From: Eremomyces bilateralis CBS 781.70 | Taxonomy: Eukaryota | Assembly (NCBI GenBank): GCA_010015585.1 | Contig: ML975160.1 | Strand: one strand, 5' to 3' | Length of the DNA: 64,000 bases | Shown here: piece after piece, positions 13,350 through 25,142 of the stretch | How positions within the stretch are numbered: the first letter of the stretch is position 1 | Layout of the letters: every line of letters starts with the position of its first letter | Made by a program: the position numbers and the translations under genes | The notes under the pieces: generated by a model | Told to the model about the DNA's origin: nothing | Seen by the model: the letters and a program-made list of their open reading frames with translations, nothing else | The model's database searches: none

Positions 13350-16300
13350 CTAGTATGCTACACGAGTTCGCATGTCCTACTGTTGTTAGCGAGGTGTTAT
13401 GTCAAGCTTTTTGTGTGGGTAAACCTTACCGAAATCTTTCGCTCAACCTCACGCACACTTCGGTCCAACTCCCCAGCAATCTTTTCCTTGGCCGGTCGAT
13501 CCAACACCAGGAACCGCTCGCAGAGATCCCCGTCAATGACGCCCTTCACCGGGACGTAATAACTCCTAAAAATCAAGTGATCCCGTCCTGCAAGCGGCGC
13601 ATCATCATTTCGGAGGTGATGTTCCAGATTTTGGAAGAAATCCACATCCTCGCGACTCATGAACGGGACGAGCATCCCAAGCGTACCCTGGAGTCCAGAC
13701 CAAAAGAGGACATCACGGCCACCAGCAACAAGGCTCGTCTTCTGGATCGATGTCACAATGTCCTGACAATAGTAATGGATCATAGGCTCTAACCGGTTCG
13801 GAGCTCCTTGCAGGTATGAGCGTTCATGAATAAGATGCGCAGCACCCTCTTCATCGGCTTCTTCGGACACCTTTTGCGGACACCGCACCAACCACAAGTT
13901 GCCAAATTTATCGCCTCCAGCAACCGTTTCATAATCAACCATGGCAGTGCTTGTCGTCCATCGGGCCATCGCATCATCTGCAAATGGAATGATCCGATTT
14001 TCACTGAATTTGTAAACAGCATATGTCACGGACTCCTGGACATCACCGCAAATGATTCGCGACCCCTGCGTTTGAAGGCTAATTAGGAGATTGGGGACCA
14101 CATTGGCTTGTGTCTTTCGGAGCAGCTGACGCATCCCAAGGTCATAGACCCGAAGTTCGGTGCCAATGCCTGCTAGCAGTCGGCCCTGGAAAGCACGCAA
14201 AGCTAAGGGTGGTAGTTCCATCTTGGTCTTATGGATGAATTCTAGGGTTTTGCCGCCATCTTGGAATCGGTAGACGTGAATGAAGCCACATGTGCTTGAC
14301 CGCGGATTGACGACCATATCTTTCCCTGTGCCAACGAGGAGAAACGTCTCGTCATCTTGACTTGTGAATGGGACGGTGGCCATGGAAACGGCAGCTTCGT
14401 TATCCTCGAGTTGTAGTGAGAAAACCACCGCCTTTTCGGTAACAGGGTCTACGATCTGAATGCAAGATGACCAGTACTGCGTCCCATGAGGATGCCCGAA
14501 TTGCTCGGGCGGGAGGACAGTCGAATCGCCATTGACAACGCCAGGCTTATCTTGAAGCTGCTGCTGGACGGCTGGGGGAAGAACTTTACTGTCCGATTCG
14601 ATGACATAGAAAAGCGGTTCTTCAGGATGCCGGAGGAAACTCCTCGGCGTGTAAGTGAGAGGTATGGATTCCTGCAGCAGGTTGTTCGTGAGTTTCTCGA
14701 TCGTGAATATCCTATGCAGATGGTTAGCAGCGCTTAGCACCATATGTGAAAATTTGCTTGATAAGGTATTCATCAGAAGGAACAATTGGATAATAAAAAG
14801 ACTAATGTTCGTCATGTGTTGTCGGATGTCCTTGTGTCATCATTGAATACAAACTTGAATGAAAATGGGGTGCGTACCGTAAATTTTGCCCTTGGATCCC
14901 AACCATGCCTTCGACGCACTGTTCGCTCGAAAAGCTCCAACCCCACTCAAGAGGCACATAGTTGAGAGGAGTAAGAGTGAACGCCTTCGTCACAGCGTCC
15001 GCATATCCAAGCCACGGTCGACTACTTAATGCCAGCACGGCTACTTCGCCCTTGACTGAGACAGTGAATAGCCTCACTGGCTTGGGGCCTAAGAAACGGG
15101 TCCGAGTATCGGACAAATCGCCTGTGAGATCATCCAGAACCGTTCGAAGGTAAACACCGGAGTAAAGTCCAATGTGCAAGTACAGTGTCTTCCCGCCGGA
15201 TGACGAATCCGGCATAGCCATGATCCGCAAGGCTGACGGTGCGGATGTCAAGGCTTGCACTGACTTGTTCTCCAGGGTGGAATCGGGGTCGAGGCTGAGA
15301 ATCCGCACGGTAGAATCGTCACATCCAACCGCCAAGAATGAGCTGCGTACTCTTCCCTCAGGGATCTCGCCGAGACTAAGGCAAGTGACAGTACCACTCA
15401 TCTCTCGCTTTTCGTCATACTCCGCCAACGATCCATCTGAATCCATTTCGAAGTATACGATCTCGCCGGAACTCAGCGCGATTGCAACCTGGCGCTCGTT
15501 GGTGGTTGCGGCAACGATGGACCGATGCTGCGGTGCAGGCCATTCGTTGACACGTCCGCCTGCCTGGATGTGCCTGATTCCTTTGGGATGGACTTGAATG
15601 AGGGCATCTTCGCCCAACTGCTGGACGGCAAGCGTTGGCGCAGACGAGAGAAACCCGGTGTCCGTCACCTCTTCGACGGTCTCACCAATGGAGAGGACAA
15701 GGGTCCCGTTGGCGAATGATAATATGATATACGAATCATACTCATCGGAGCGCTTGATCTTCGTCGTCCATACCGCGGATGGAACGGAAGGGAGTTCGGA
15801 CTCAACGATCTCAGAGACCTCGAGACCATGCCGAAGGGTTTTGAAGGAGCTACGAGCGCCAGTTCCGCATACGGCATAGATTTGCGGAGCATCCTCGTCA
15901 GTTAAGTTGAGAACCTTGCTTTCCATAATGGGGTTCATGGAATCGATGCTCTCGACCAATGCCACGTTCTCGTAGGATCGCGGATGGAAGTATACCGGCT
16001 GATATGATTCCATTGGGTCCGCTGGAAATTGGTCGCTCGTAAACTCCGTCTCATTGTCGTCATCGCCCAACTTTTCGAACTGGTAGAAGTGGTGGTCGCC
16101 GTTCTCCGAAGCGACAAACAGAAACCCGCTCTTGAGGATGAGCAGATTGGTGGCCACGGGCACCGTGTCGAAATACTTGATTTTCAGGGCCCTGACTTCG
16201 CCCGTTGCATTCTCCTCCTCGTCCTCGACCATGTCAATGGTGACCTTGAAAAGGTCGCCGTCTTCGGTCTGAAGAAGGAAAAAGAATGCTCCCCTCATCC

Positions 16301-17377
16301 GATGCATTACGCCGGCAGTGATATATCGCTTTCTGTCTGGGTCTTCTGTCATGGCTTTTCGCCTTGGAATCGCCACCCGGAAGGCGTCTTGGGTAGAATG
16401 TCTATAGGTAATGTTCTCCTCACCGCACACCAAAACTCCGCTAGGTCCATCGGCACCCCCAGGAACTTGGAAAAGCATAGATGCCGTCCGGTCAACTGTG
16501 TCCGCCCACTTCCTGACGACATGATTGAGGCCAAGGTCGAGTTCATAGTAGATCAGTTGCTTTTCCACATCTTCAAAAGCTTGACCAGTCGGGTCTTGAT
16601 CCGAATCGGAATAGTCGATTTCCAGCGCAGCAAAGACCGGATTGTCATATCCGACATCCAGGCCTATTAGAGCAAACACCAACGTTTGTGGTTTGTGTGC
16701 TTCCAGTGGGGAGGAAATCGTCAGCTCCGCTTGCGCATTGCGATTGAGAACGTAGACGAGCTTGTTCTTTTCCACTGAGGCGATGATACAGGCTCTGCCT
16801 TTCGGGTCGCTGGCAAGGTACTGTCCCGGAATAACCCTCCGCACTCCAGACTTCCCGAAGGTCTCGAGATGTATTCGGTGGAATTTATTCTTCGCGGGCA
16901 AATATTCGATGATGGTGATTCTTCCCGAATCCGATGCGATGATAATGTAGTCTATACAGGAGTCAGCGAAAACATTCTCTAGAACAAGTAATCTGCACCA
17001 CACATCGAACGGATGCTTAAACGAGGCGCGTTCAGAATGCATCATTTCATCGCATGTCGGAACGGCTGCAGCAAGCTTCCAATAATCACTAAATGGCGCC
17101 TGGTATATTCAAAGGAGGTATTTCGAGACTTACCCTTATTGCTTCCCGCTAAGCGAAACGCTGAGAGAGACCGAATAATGCCGAAGACATCGTGTGCGAG
17201 AATCGTATATAGCTTCCCCTGTGTGGAATCGGGGCGGTAAAGCGTCAGCCGTGAGCCACATGCTGTGAGAATTTGCTGCTCCTTGGTTCCAGAAAATTGC
17301 CCAAGCATCGCTTGCGTTATCGAGGTCGGTGGCTGAATCGTCAAAGCATACATGAACATGGACGAAGTCGTCGCCAT
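13350..17377 (-). CDS. RSE1: Pre-mRNA splicing factor Rse1 / SF3B3
   Basis: [11 protein letters not shown] start, [33 protein letters not shown] and [17 protein letters not shown]. Introns 16952-17133, 14712-14877 and 13377-13429; last exon DMRTRVAY*. About 1208 aa. Confidence 0.97.
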
Positions 17378-17810
17378 CTTGTCGAATTCGCGGCGTACGC
17401 CGCACGAGTCGAGGGCCTCACCCAGCCAGTATTACTCCCAGGAATCGTTGAAATGCTGATCCCATGGATGATACCGAGTAGAGCACGGTCTGAAATGGTT
17501 CGTGTAAGTAATTGCTGGCTGTATGGTGGTTTGACCAAGTGAAAAGTAGACGAGGATGAAGCTGCGATATAAAATTGAGATCGAGAGGGGAGCTTGGACC
17601 AAGTGATCTGAGCTGGAAACTGTGGCGCAGCTGTTCAAGCCACAGAGCACTATATATGCACGTGACTGATAGCAAGCTCTGGAACTCCGAACGAATTGAA
17701 GCTTCCAGCGAGGTGAGCAGAGATATTTTGCTTCGTCTACGTCTATTCAAGCCCATTGAATTGTCATTCGACAGCGACTGGTAGTTGCAGTTGCGACTTT
17801 TCCTTTTACA

Positions 17811-19391
17811 ATGGCTTCAGCAAGCATCTGCAGCTCATGTTTGCGATCCATTCGCTCCACCATCCGCTGTCAAACCTCGCGCTCGCTGACTGCGGGTGTC
17901 ATTCGATCTCATCTTCCAGTATCCACGCAGACGGCGCGGCAGCACTCCACCAAAAGCCGACAGAAGCACCTCCCGAGCTCGCAATATCATCAGAAACGAC
18001 TTCAGACGTCCGCGGCCGAGCCTCCGCAATACGTCAGTCCACCTGGACTCGCCTCCGTCCCGCTACCAGATGCGCAAAGCCAGGTCGTGCTCCAGCCCGA
18101 CAATCTCTTCCATCCCTTCTCCTCGTCCCCCTCGGCCGATATACGACGGCGGGCAGCCTTCATCAAGCAGCATGCATATTGTCCGCACCCATCCCATCGC
18201 CAGACAAGAGCTCCCGAATCACCGTATGACTCCGAAGCCCTCAAACCCGCGACGGGAGGAGTCCCGCCGGAACATGTTCGTTACGAGTGTCCGGACTGTG
18301 GGATTCCCGTCTATTGCTGCGAAGACCATTACGCCGATGCCTACGAGGAACACTTGCAGGTTTGCGATACACTAAGGGAAATCAATGAGGATGACCACGA
18401 TCTGCGGTCGGGCAGGTTCTTCCAAGAGTTCGAGTATCCGGGTCCTCAAATGGATGAATCATTGATCAACTTCACGAATTGGGATACGTTCCTATATACC
18501 AGGGATTTTTCGGCAATCAACGAGGAGCGCAGCCTCCGGCAAGCCACTCGGTTGCTTACATACCCCATCACGGTTGGCAGCATTCTTCACGAGCTGAGCC
18601 CGTATGGAATTCGGTCTGGTGGTCGGCTGACGGTAGAAGGACTGAAGAGCTTTAGCGGTACGTTTGTCTACAATCTCGCATATTTTGAGGCATGCTGACA
18701 GCTTTTAGCTCTGCGATACATGCTTCACCCTCCCAAGTCTGGTTCTGGACAAGATATCAAAGGTCTCCGTCCTACCGCACCTTCAATCCGGCTATTCATT
18801 CTCGGGGCTCGTGCCGAGTCCTCACTACCAAGGGAGGTCTGGGCACAGATCACCCACCTCTACCCACGAGCCTCTTTCCACCTGATCTTCATCGGCCCCG
18901 AGAGCATGCTTAACCGAGATGACGAATTCCCTCTCCCTCCTCGCACCGCCTCGAATCCGTTCGGCGCCATCATCGAAGACCGACCCGCACCGAATCTCCG
19001 CATCACGACCTATGTTGAATACTTCCACACCCTCCACAAGGCCGGTATATTTGGGCCGTTCGACCCGTACTTCGACGCATTCGTTCTCTTCCACCCGGGC
19101 TTGGGACATCCCGCGTCGGCCCACGAATGGGAAGAGACGATCCCCCAGCTCCTGGAGACCAAGGTCCCGGTGATCGCGACGGGCTATACCGAGTGGGATA
19201 TGCGACGGGACTGGGAGTGGCTCACGCAGCGAATGGGCGGTGAAGTGGACATGCTGTTGGAGCCGGGAGAGAACCGGTTCAGGAGCTTGCGGTGGGATTT
19301 GAATGACGTGGATCCCCAGGATGTCAGCGCGGGGAATTGGGGAACCTGGGCATTCCGAGGGAAGCGATACGAGGCGACCAGTAAAGAGTGA
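17811..19391 (+). CDS. MSS51: Mitochondrial Mss51 (COX1 translation/assembly factor, zf-Mss51)
   Basis: Arg/Ser-rich presequence, LFHPFSSSP..IRRRAAFIKQHAYCP, CPDCGIPVYC, INEDDHDLRSGRFF and ILGARAESSLP. Intron 18658-18708. About 509 aa. Confidence 0.93.
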
Positions 19392-19612
19392 TCTACCTTT
19401 ACAAAGGGTCCTCACGGAACGATTTTTTGCTGTCAGGCAAGTGTATAAATGTACTTGTATTTGTGAAGCTCCTTTTGTCTTGGATTCAAGGGAATTATCA
19501 AGCGTCACTTTAAAATCCCTCTTCTTTCCATGACGAGCCATCCACCTGAGCGTCCGTCCATTCACTTGATCGTTTCCATAATTCCAAGGACTTGAGGCAT
19601 CGAAGAGGTGGA

Positions 19613-19760
19613 TTAGACGGGGCAACTCTGAGAATCATGGAAGATCAGTCTCCAGTTGATCCCACGGAGTAGGGTCACTTACGCTGCCACAAGCGTTGCA
19701 GCTCTTGCTCTCGCCTTCAAATTGGGCTCCGCACTTGGGGCAGTGAGATTCGTGAGCCAT
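19613..19760 (-). CDS. 30-aa cysteine-rich microprotein MAHESHCPKCGAQFEGESKSCNACGSSCPV (zinc-ribbon/metallothionein-like)
   Basis: Good start context (TCTACCATGG). Exon 19760-19683, phase-0 intron 19628-19682 (GTAAGT..CTGAT..TTCTCAG), exon 19627-19613 AGT TGC CCC GTC TAA. Confidence 0.75.
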
Positions 19761-20618
19761 GGTAGATTTAGGCGAGGATATCTTTAGGTAAGGATATCGA
19801 CTTTGATTTCCACTCTGGTTTGGATGAACTGTAAAGTAACACGGTCGTGGTTGGAAACTTGGAAGATTGGTAAAGAGGATCAGGTCGGAGGGCGTAAGAT
19901 CGAGGGAGATGAGGGGTCTTATTTGTATCCCGTAACTCGCCTCCCTGCCTACACTCTTAGCAACCACTGGAAAGGGCGGCGTGGGATGTCTCCAAGCCCC
20001 TCTACTGCAGACCGGAATCATAAATGAGCAGAATTGCCTTGTCTCGTCCCCTTCTAACCTAATCGATCCCAAAGGCTACTTCGAAGGATGGCCTGCTGAC
20101 ACAATACAGTCGCTATCATTGGTCGATAGTTACCGGGAGAGCTATGTACTAAGGGCAGGGAGGAGAATCGATCTAGCAACACCGTCATACCGTTATACCG
20201 CCATACGTATTTATTCTTGGGTGAAGCGATTTGACGTCAACCGGAAGGGACAACAGCAGGAAAGGAGGGTGCGCTTATATCTAGATCACAATGGTGGAAT
20301 GCATAGAACTGTGGGGTAGAAATGTCATTATCGTAAAGAGGTGTTCCATCTTGAACATGTGAGAGTCGAGTGACTTCGATAAGGACAGTAAGGAATAATA
20401 AGTAGGGTATGATGCAAGACATTTGTTTGCTGCATGTTTGGATGGATCTGATATGCCTGTCAAAGTTGGTGCTCACTATTCCGTATTTGTTCTCGGACAT
20501 GGACACGACTCATTCTCTCAACCTGTCCTGGTCTGAAGCTGCTGCTACTTCGGTTTTTATCCTCCATGATTTGCTCATCAGGCTTTCTCACTGTTGAAGC
20601 TGCGGTCCATGAACTGCC

Positions 20619-22064
20619 TCAAACGCTCTGATTTTCGCTGACAGAATGCTGACTGCTTTTCTCCATCGCTATGCCAGTTGGACCAGTTGGACCAGTTGAA
20701 CCAGTCGATCCACGACCGCGACGCCTGAAGACGACAAACACGAGCCCTCCGACAACCAACAAGACTCCCAGAGTCACGAAGGCACCGATGACGCCCGCTA
20801 CAGCGTTCGACATTCCGCTCCCGCTCCCGCTACCCACACTTTCGGTTCCGGCCGCCGTCGCGGCGCTTCCGCAGAACGATTCCGTGCTGCTGCACAGCTG
20901 GCACCATTGAGACACGCTGCTGATCGTCCGCTTTTGCATCTCGCTCGAGAACTCGGACCAGGTCATCGAGTCGTCCGGGCGCCCGAACAATGGGAACTGC
21001 GTCAAGCTGCCGGCCGTACCGTTGCGGAAGAGGAATCGCACGTTGATGGCGTCAGCGTCGGAGGGGAACGACGTGGAGTCCTCGGGTGTGAACAGCTCAA
21101 AGGCCATGGTGGAAGCATACTCCGGGAGGCCATAGAAGTCGGAGAAGCCATCGATCAGGTTGGTCAACCCGAAGGTCTGCAAGAACGTGTCGTAACTTCC
21201 TGCGAGCAATGAAAACTTAAGCTTCCCCTTGGACGACACCGTTTGGTTCAATTGGCTGAAGATTCCACCCAACAGGGTCTGTCCACCGATGGATCGCTCT
21301 GGTTGCGAGGCGTTGAAATTGAGCCCGAACTCGTGACTGTCGGCAAGCGTCCGGAGTTGGAAGAGTTCTTCGTCGGTGACATTGCCCACGCTCGAGGCGT
21401 TGTGGATCCCGGCGACATTGATCAAATCGAAGATATCGTATGCCTTAGCGTATGTCAGGTTGGCTTTCTCGTAATCATACACATTGTCCAGGATATCCCA
21501 GAACCCGGCGTAGAAGGATCGGGTGGATTCCACACGCTGCTGGAACTCAGCGCTATCCTTGAACGAGTCACTGGCTTCGTTCTGCGCCAGACATCCGTCA
21601 TCACCCTTGATCCAAATGGTGTCGGGAGACTGGTCATCCTCGCCGTGTAGCGTAACGTATTGGTACCCATCCAACGGTCTCTGCGAGAACGAGCCATTGT
21701 TCAAAGTCGAGCTTGCCAGCTCAGGGTTGAGCCCTGCAAGAGGCGGATAGAAGCCCTGCAAGAACGCCGTAGCCGTATTCAAGAGGACGGCTTGGTCTGG
21801 AGCACTGGCCCAGATTTGTGAGGGGACATAGCTATCTTCGGAGATCCCAAGGATGCGTTGAGGGGAGTCGGATGAAAGGTAGCGCTCGCGATAGCTGCTG
21901 CCAACCTGGAAGCACTGTTGGGAGCCCAATTCCGTGAGCTGATATCCGGAGTAGTGCTTTGCAGAACGATCTCCATGTCTGGAGAAGACGACGGAGCCCA
22001 GCACCGTCTCTCCCAATGCTGTGGAAGCCATTGCCCCGAGGATGAGAAGTGAAGTAGCTGCCAT
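20619..22064 (-). CDS. Secreted, membrane-anchored histidine acid phosphatase family protein
   Basis: Signal peptide MAATSLLILGAMASTALG, RHGDRS motif, LTELGSQQ, and a C-terminal TM helix followed by RRR. Confidence 0.88.
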   Translation of the reverse strand: MAATSLLILGAMASTALGETVLGSVVFSRHGDRSAKHYSGYQLTELGSQQCFQVGSSYRERYLSSDSPQRILGISEDSYVPSQIWASAPDQAVLLNTATAFLQGFYPPLAGLNPELASSTLNNGSFSQRPLDGYQYVTLHGEDDQSPDTIWIKGDDGCLAQNEASDSFKDSAEFQQRVESTRSFYAGFWDILDNVYDYEKANLTYAKAYDIFDLINVAGIHNASSVGNVTDEELFQLRTLADSHEFGLNFNASQPERSIGGQTLLGGIFSQLNQTVSSKGKLKFSLLAGSYDTFLQTFGLTNLIDGFSDFYGLPEYASTMAFELFTPEDSTSFPSDADAINVRFLFRNGTAGSLTQFPLFGRPDDSMTWSEFSSEMQKRTISSVSQWCQLCSSTESFCGSAATAAGTESVGSGSGSGMSNAVAGVIGAFVTLGVLLVVGGLVFVVFRRRGRGSTGSTGPTGPTGIAMEKSSQHSVSENQSV

Positions 22065-23044
22065 GACTGAATTGGTTGACCACACTTCACAAGGGACTTC
22101 GGATGGGAATATCAAGGAGCTGGTTCCTTCGTCACCGTCTGATCTCCCGTTTCACAGATCACTGACAGATGAAATATCAATTCAAATCCCTTGGCGACAC
22201 CGGAGTGGACAAGAGCAAGAGATAAGCATTTGTAAATCCAGCGGCAAGCGGGGTGCCAGTGCGGCCGTAATATTACTACTCACTTGGGTCCCGTGGTAGT
22301 GGGGGGGGCGTCGGTGGTTACCTCTTTGGTCGTAGTGGTGCGTTTTAGTTTCCGCGACGATGACACTTGCTGCAGGATGAGCAGATGAAGTCTAGGATGA
22401 GCTTCACGGCAATTGACTGTTGACAAGCGCCGGTTTTGCAAGCGCCGGTTAGCAAGCACCGTGGAGGTGTGTACAATCCATCCAACACCTCCGCGGGGCA
22501 GTCCAGCACTCACCGTTGAATATAGATGCTATTGTAATGAGTCATCCGATACGGAGTACCTACCTTATTCTCTCAAATCTCCAATGCGTGAACCAATTAT
22601 TCGAAGAAGTGAAATGGTCTCCTCCGGCCATCCGTTTCTTCTGCTCTAGGAGTCCGGATGATGTCGCTCTCTAAATTCTGAAATGTCATGTTCATCAAAA
22701 GCAAACGCCTTTCTCTTTTCTTACTAGTAGTTATATATTACTCAGAACTCATCAGAAGTCAGAGCCCATTTCCTATCAACTAATTTCACAATCACTGCTC
22801 AAAAATTCATCACACGTATACCGTTGTTCCTGCAGTAGACTTTCCTAATATAGTTGCCGACTTTTCATCCATTCTGCAATTCCGCTCAGGTCTATTCTCT
22901 ACTAGTCTAAGACAGCACTCCTGCTTTGTGGCCAACCCACATTGTGGTAACCACATCAGGACCAATCCGTAGAGAGAAGAAGTAGATTTAATGAATTCAG
23001 TCAATTCAACCACACTGTCTATTGTTCTGAAATTCCTCCGCTAA

Positions 23045-23935
23045 ATCCAAGAAGGTATACAAGCGTATGGAAATAGTGAAAGCCATTCTATTCGTAAATG
23101 CGCGGAAGAATACGGCGTGGGCTACTCTGCCCTTCAGGCCCGTCTACAAAAGGACCGAGAATCCCACCACGATGCAGCTAAGAAGCTCCTAAAATTGTCA
23201 CCTTTTATAGAAACAATACCTAGTTCAATAGATTACGGAAGAAGATCAATATGCGAGGGCTCCTTCGCATCAAAGAGTGTGCGAAATGGCTCGAACAATT
23301 GCTCGAGAAAATGAAGACGAGACCCCCTGCGGAAAGAATTGGATCGACGGCTTTCTTCGACGAAATCATAGTATCAAATCTATGGTAGGAAACTCTATCG
23401 AAGCCTCCCGCATAAGTGCACCCTCGAAAGAGATCATTTTGGATTAGTTAGGCTTCTTCGCCGCCTCATTGACTTCCACTCCATCAAGGCGTCAAATATA
23501 TGGAATTTCGACGAGCATGGAATCACCCTTGGTTGTGGCACGACCAGGCCTATATTGGCCCCTATTCAAAAGAAAAATAGAAAGAAAACCTACGTCAAAC
23601 CCCCTGATGATCGCGAGTGGGTGTCTATCATCGAAGCTATTTCTGCTGGCGGCCACTCGATTTCTCCCCTTGTGATCTTTAAGGGTAAAAGCTTGCAAAA
23701 TACTTGGTTTCCACGCCAAAATTGGCCTAAGTGGCACTATACATGCTCTGAGAATGCATGGACTTCGAATGAGATCGGCATTGAATGGCTTCGACGCAAA
23801 TTTCTCCCCGAATCGAAGCCACTGATTTCGACAGATTGGCGTCTCCTAATTTGTGACGGGCACGGTTCCCACGCTACTACTGATATTATGACGCTCTGTA
23901 AAGACAATAGGGTCATCCTCTTATATCTCCCTGCA
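23045..23935 (+). pseudogene. Fot1-like DDE transposase, 5' part, with frameshifts and stops
   Basis: HTH remnants (SIRKCAEEYGVGYSALQARL; CGKNWIDGFLRRN), IWNFDEHG, REWVSIIEAISAGG..PLVIFKGK and WRLLICDGHGSH. Breaks at LLYLPA, where HSSHxLQPLD would normally follow. Confidence 0.9.
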
Positions 23936-24084
23936 AACAGGCGTTACACAGGCAGAGACCATTTTGGTCGGGGGGCGACTGTAGAAGAGTATAGTACAGA
24001 TGGTACTGCTCGGAAATCTGTGGCAGGAGTCTGGATAGGCAGACTGGTGAAACCTGCTATTGTATACAAACACAATATAATGTC
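23933..24084 (+). repeat. 152-bp direct repeat, copy 1
   Basis: Aligns ungapped to 25143-25294 with about 15 mismatches by hand count (~90% identity). Confidence 0.95.
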
Positions 24085-24163
24085 CTGCCAACTGCACGCG
24101 TCCACGTCGCCGCGGGTGGAAACATTGATGGGGAAGAGTTCTCTATCGATGGCTAAGTGCAGT
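24052..24163 (+). ncRNA. HDV-like (CPEB3-type) self-cleaving ribozyme
   Basis: P1 ACCTGC(T) 24052-58 / CGCGGGT 24111-17; P2 ACTGCAC 24091-97 / GTGCAGT 24157-63; P3 GCG/CGC around loop TCCACGT; P1.1 CC/GG (24118-19); 13-bp P4 24123-35 / 24139-51; J4/2 GCTAA with putative catalytic C24153. Confidence 0.8.
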
Positions 24164-25142
24164 GGCGATGAAAGAGACGCACGCGTTACGCGTGCAGGTC
24201 GCAAGCGTTGAGCGTGGTATCGCCATACCACCAACACCAGCACGACCGTGTTTACTGCCTCCGCTTAGACACGGTGTCCTTTCATCAAGGGAGGCCTCTT
24301 GAGGGATAAAAATGGGAGATGAAAACCATCCGATAGGGGTCTATCCAGCTCGCAGCTGGATCCGGAAGCCTGACTTATTATCAGGTGGATGAGGACGCGT
24401 CCTAGGCCCCTAACAGGACACCCTCAGGCTCGCCTACTCTGGGGTTACGCGTGAGCAACGAGCTGCGTGTAGCGAGGGTTTGGAACAATCCTAATTCTAA
24501 AGAACTTGTTAAGGCTAACTTGGATAAACCTAGGTGAACTCTGTTAAGGCCGGAGGGCCTCTTCGCAACGGGAGCGCTTGTTAAGGCCCCTCTATCGGAA
24601 CCTGTTAATACCATAACGACACGAGCTTACGTACCGGGCGCGACAAGCACGACAGCTTACCGAACTGGAGTTACAGGCCAGTCGATAGAGGAGAAACACA
24701 GGTATGCTCCTGGTGGAGGCTTGATGGAGACACAGACCCGTCGCGTGGATCTATACAATGGGAGAATCACGGGCCAACTTAAGATGATGGAGGACACGAG
24801 CTTGGTTAGTGGGATAAGGCTGCTTGCGTTGCCCGGCGCGGAACGCATGCGTACTGCCTTATCCTGCAAGACACGGTCGGCCCATCAGAGGGAGACCCCT
24901 ATGGGCAACGCGAAACGGCTACTGTTTACAGTAGTCGCGGGGCGTAGTGCGTGGTAGCCACTGCTGGCTCCAAGGACCTCGTCCCGTCAATGGGCTCTGA
25001 CCCTTGGTGAATCTGAAAGCAGGCGGGATCAAACCCGGCCGGAGAGACTACCACGTGGCTCGAGAGAACGGATGCGCGTGTCGGTATACAGAGAGACAGG
25101 ACCAGTCGCTAGGCTGGAACGCTGGTGATGTATGCTTAAGGA

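Noticed and set aside
24503..24611. CRISPR-like repeat-spacer appearance
   Set aside because: Repeats are only 9 bp in three or four copies, the genome is eukaryotic and there are no cas genes.
24680..24920. Hairpin-ribozyme-like AGAAACAC..GTAT..CTGG (~24690) and hammerhead-like CTGATG/GAAAC (~24885-24915)
   Set aside because: The required helices could not be built, and the hammerhead half-motifs lie on opposite strands.
25035..25115. GGAGAGACTAC..CAGTC resembling group I intron P7 (R/S) elements
   Set aside because: P7 pairing is imperfect and no P3-P6 core or exon context was identified.
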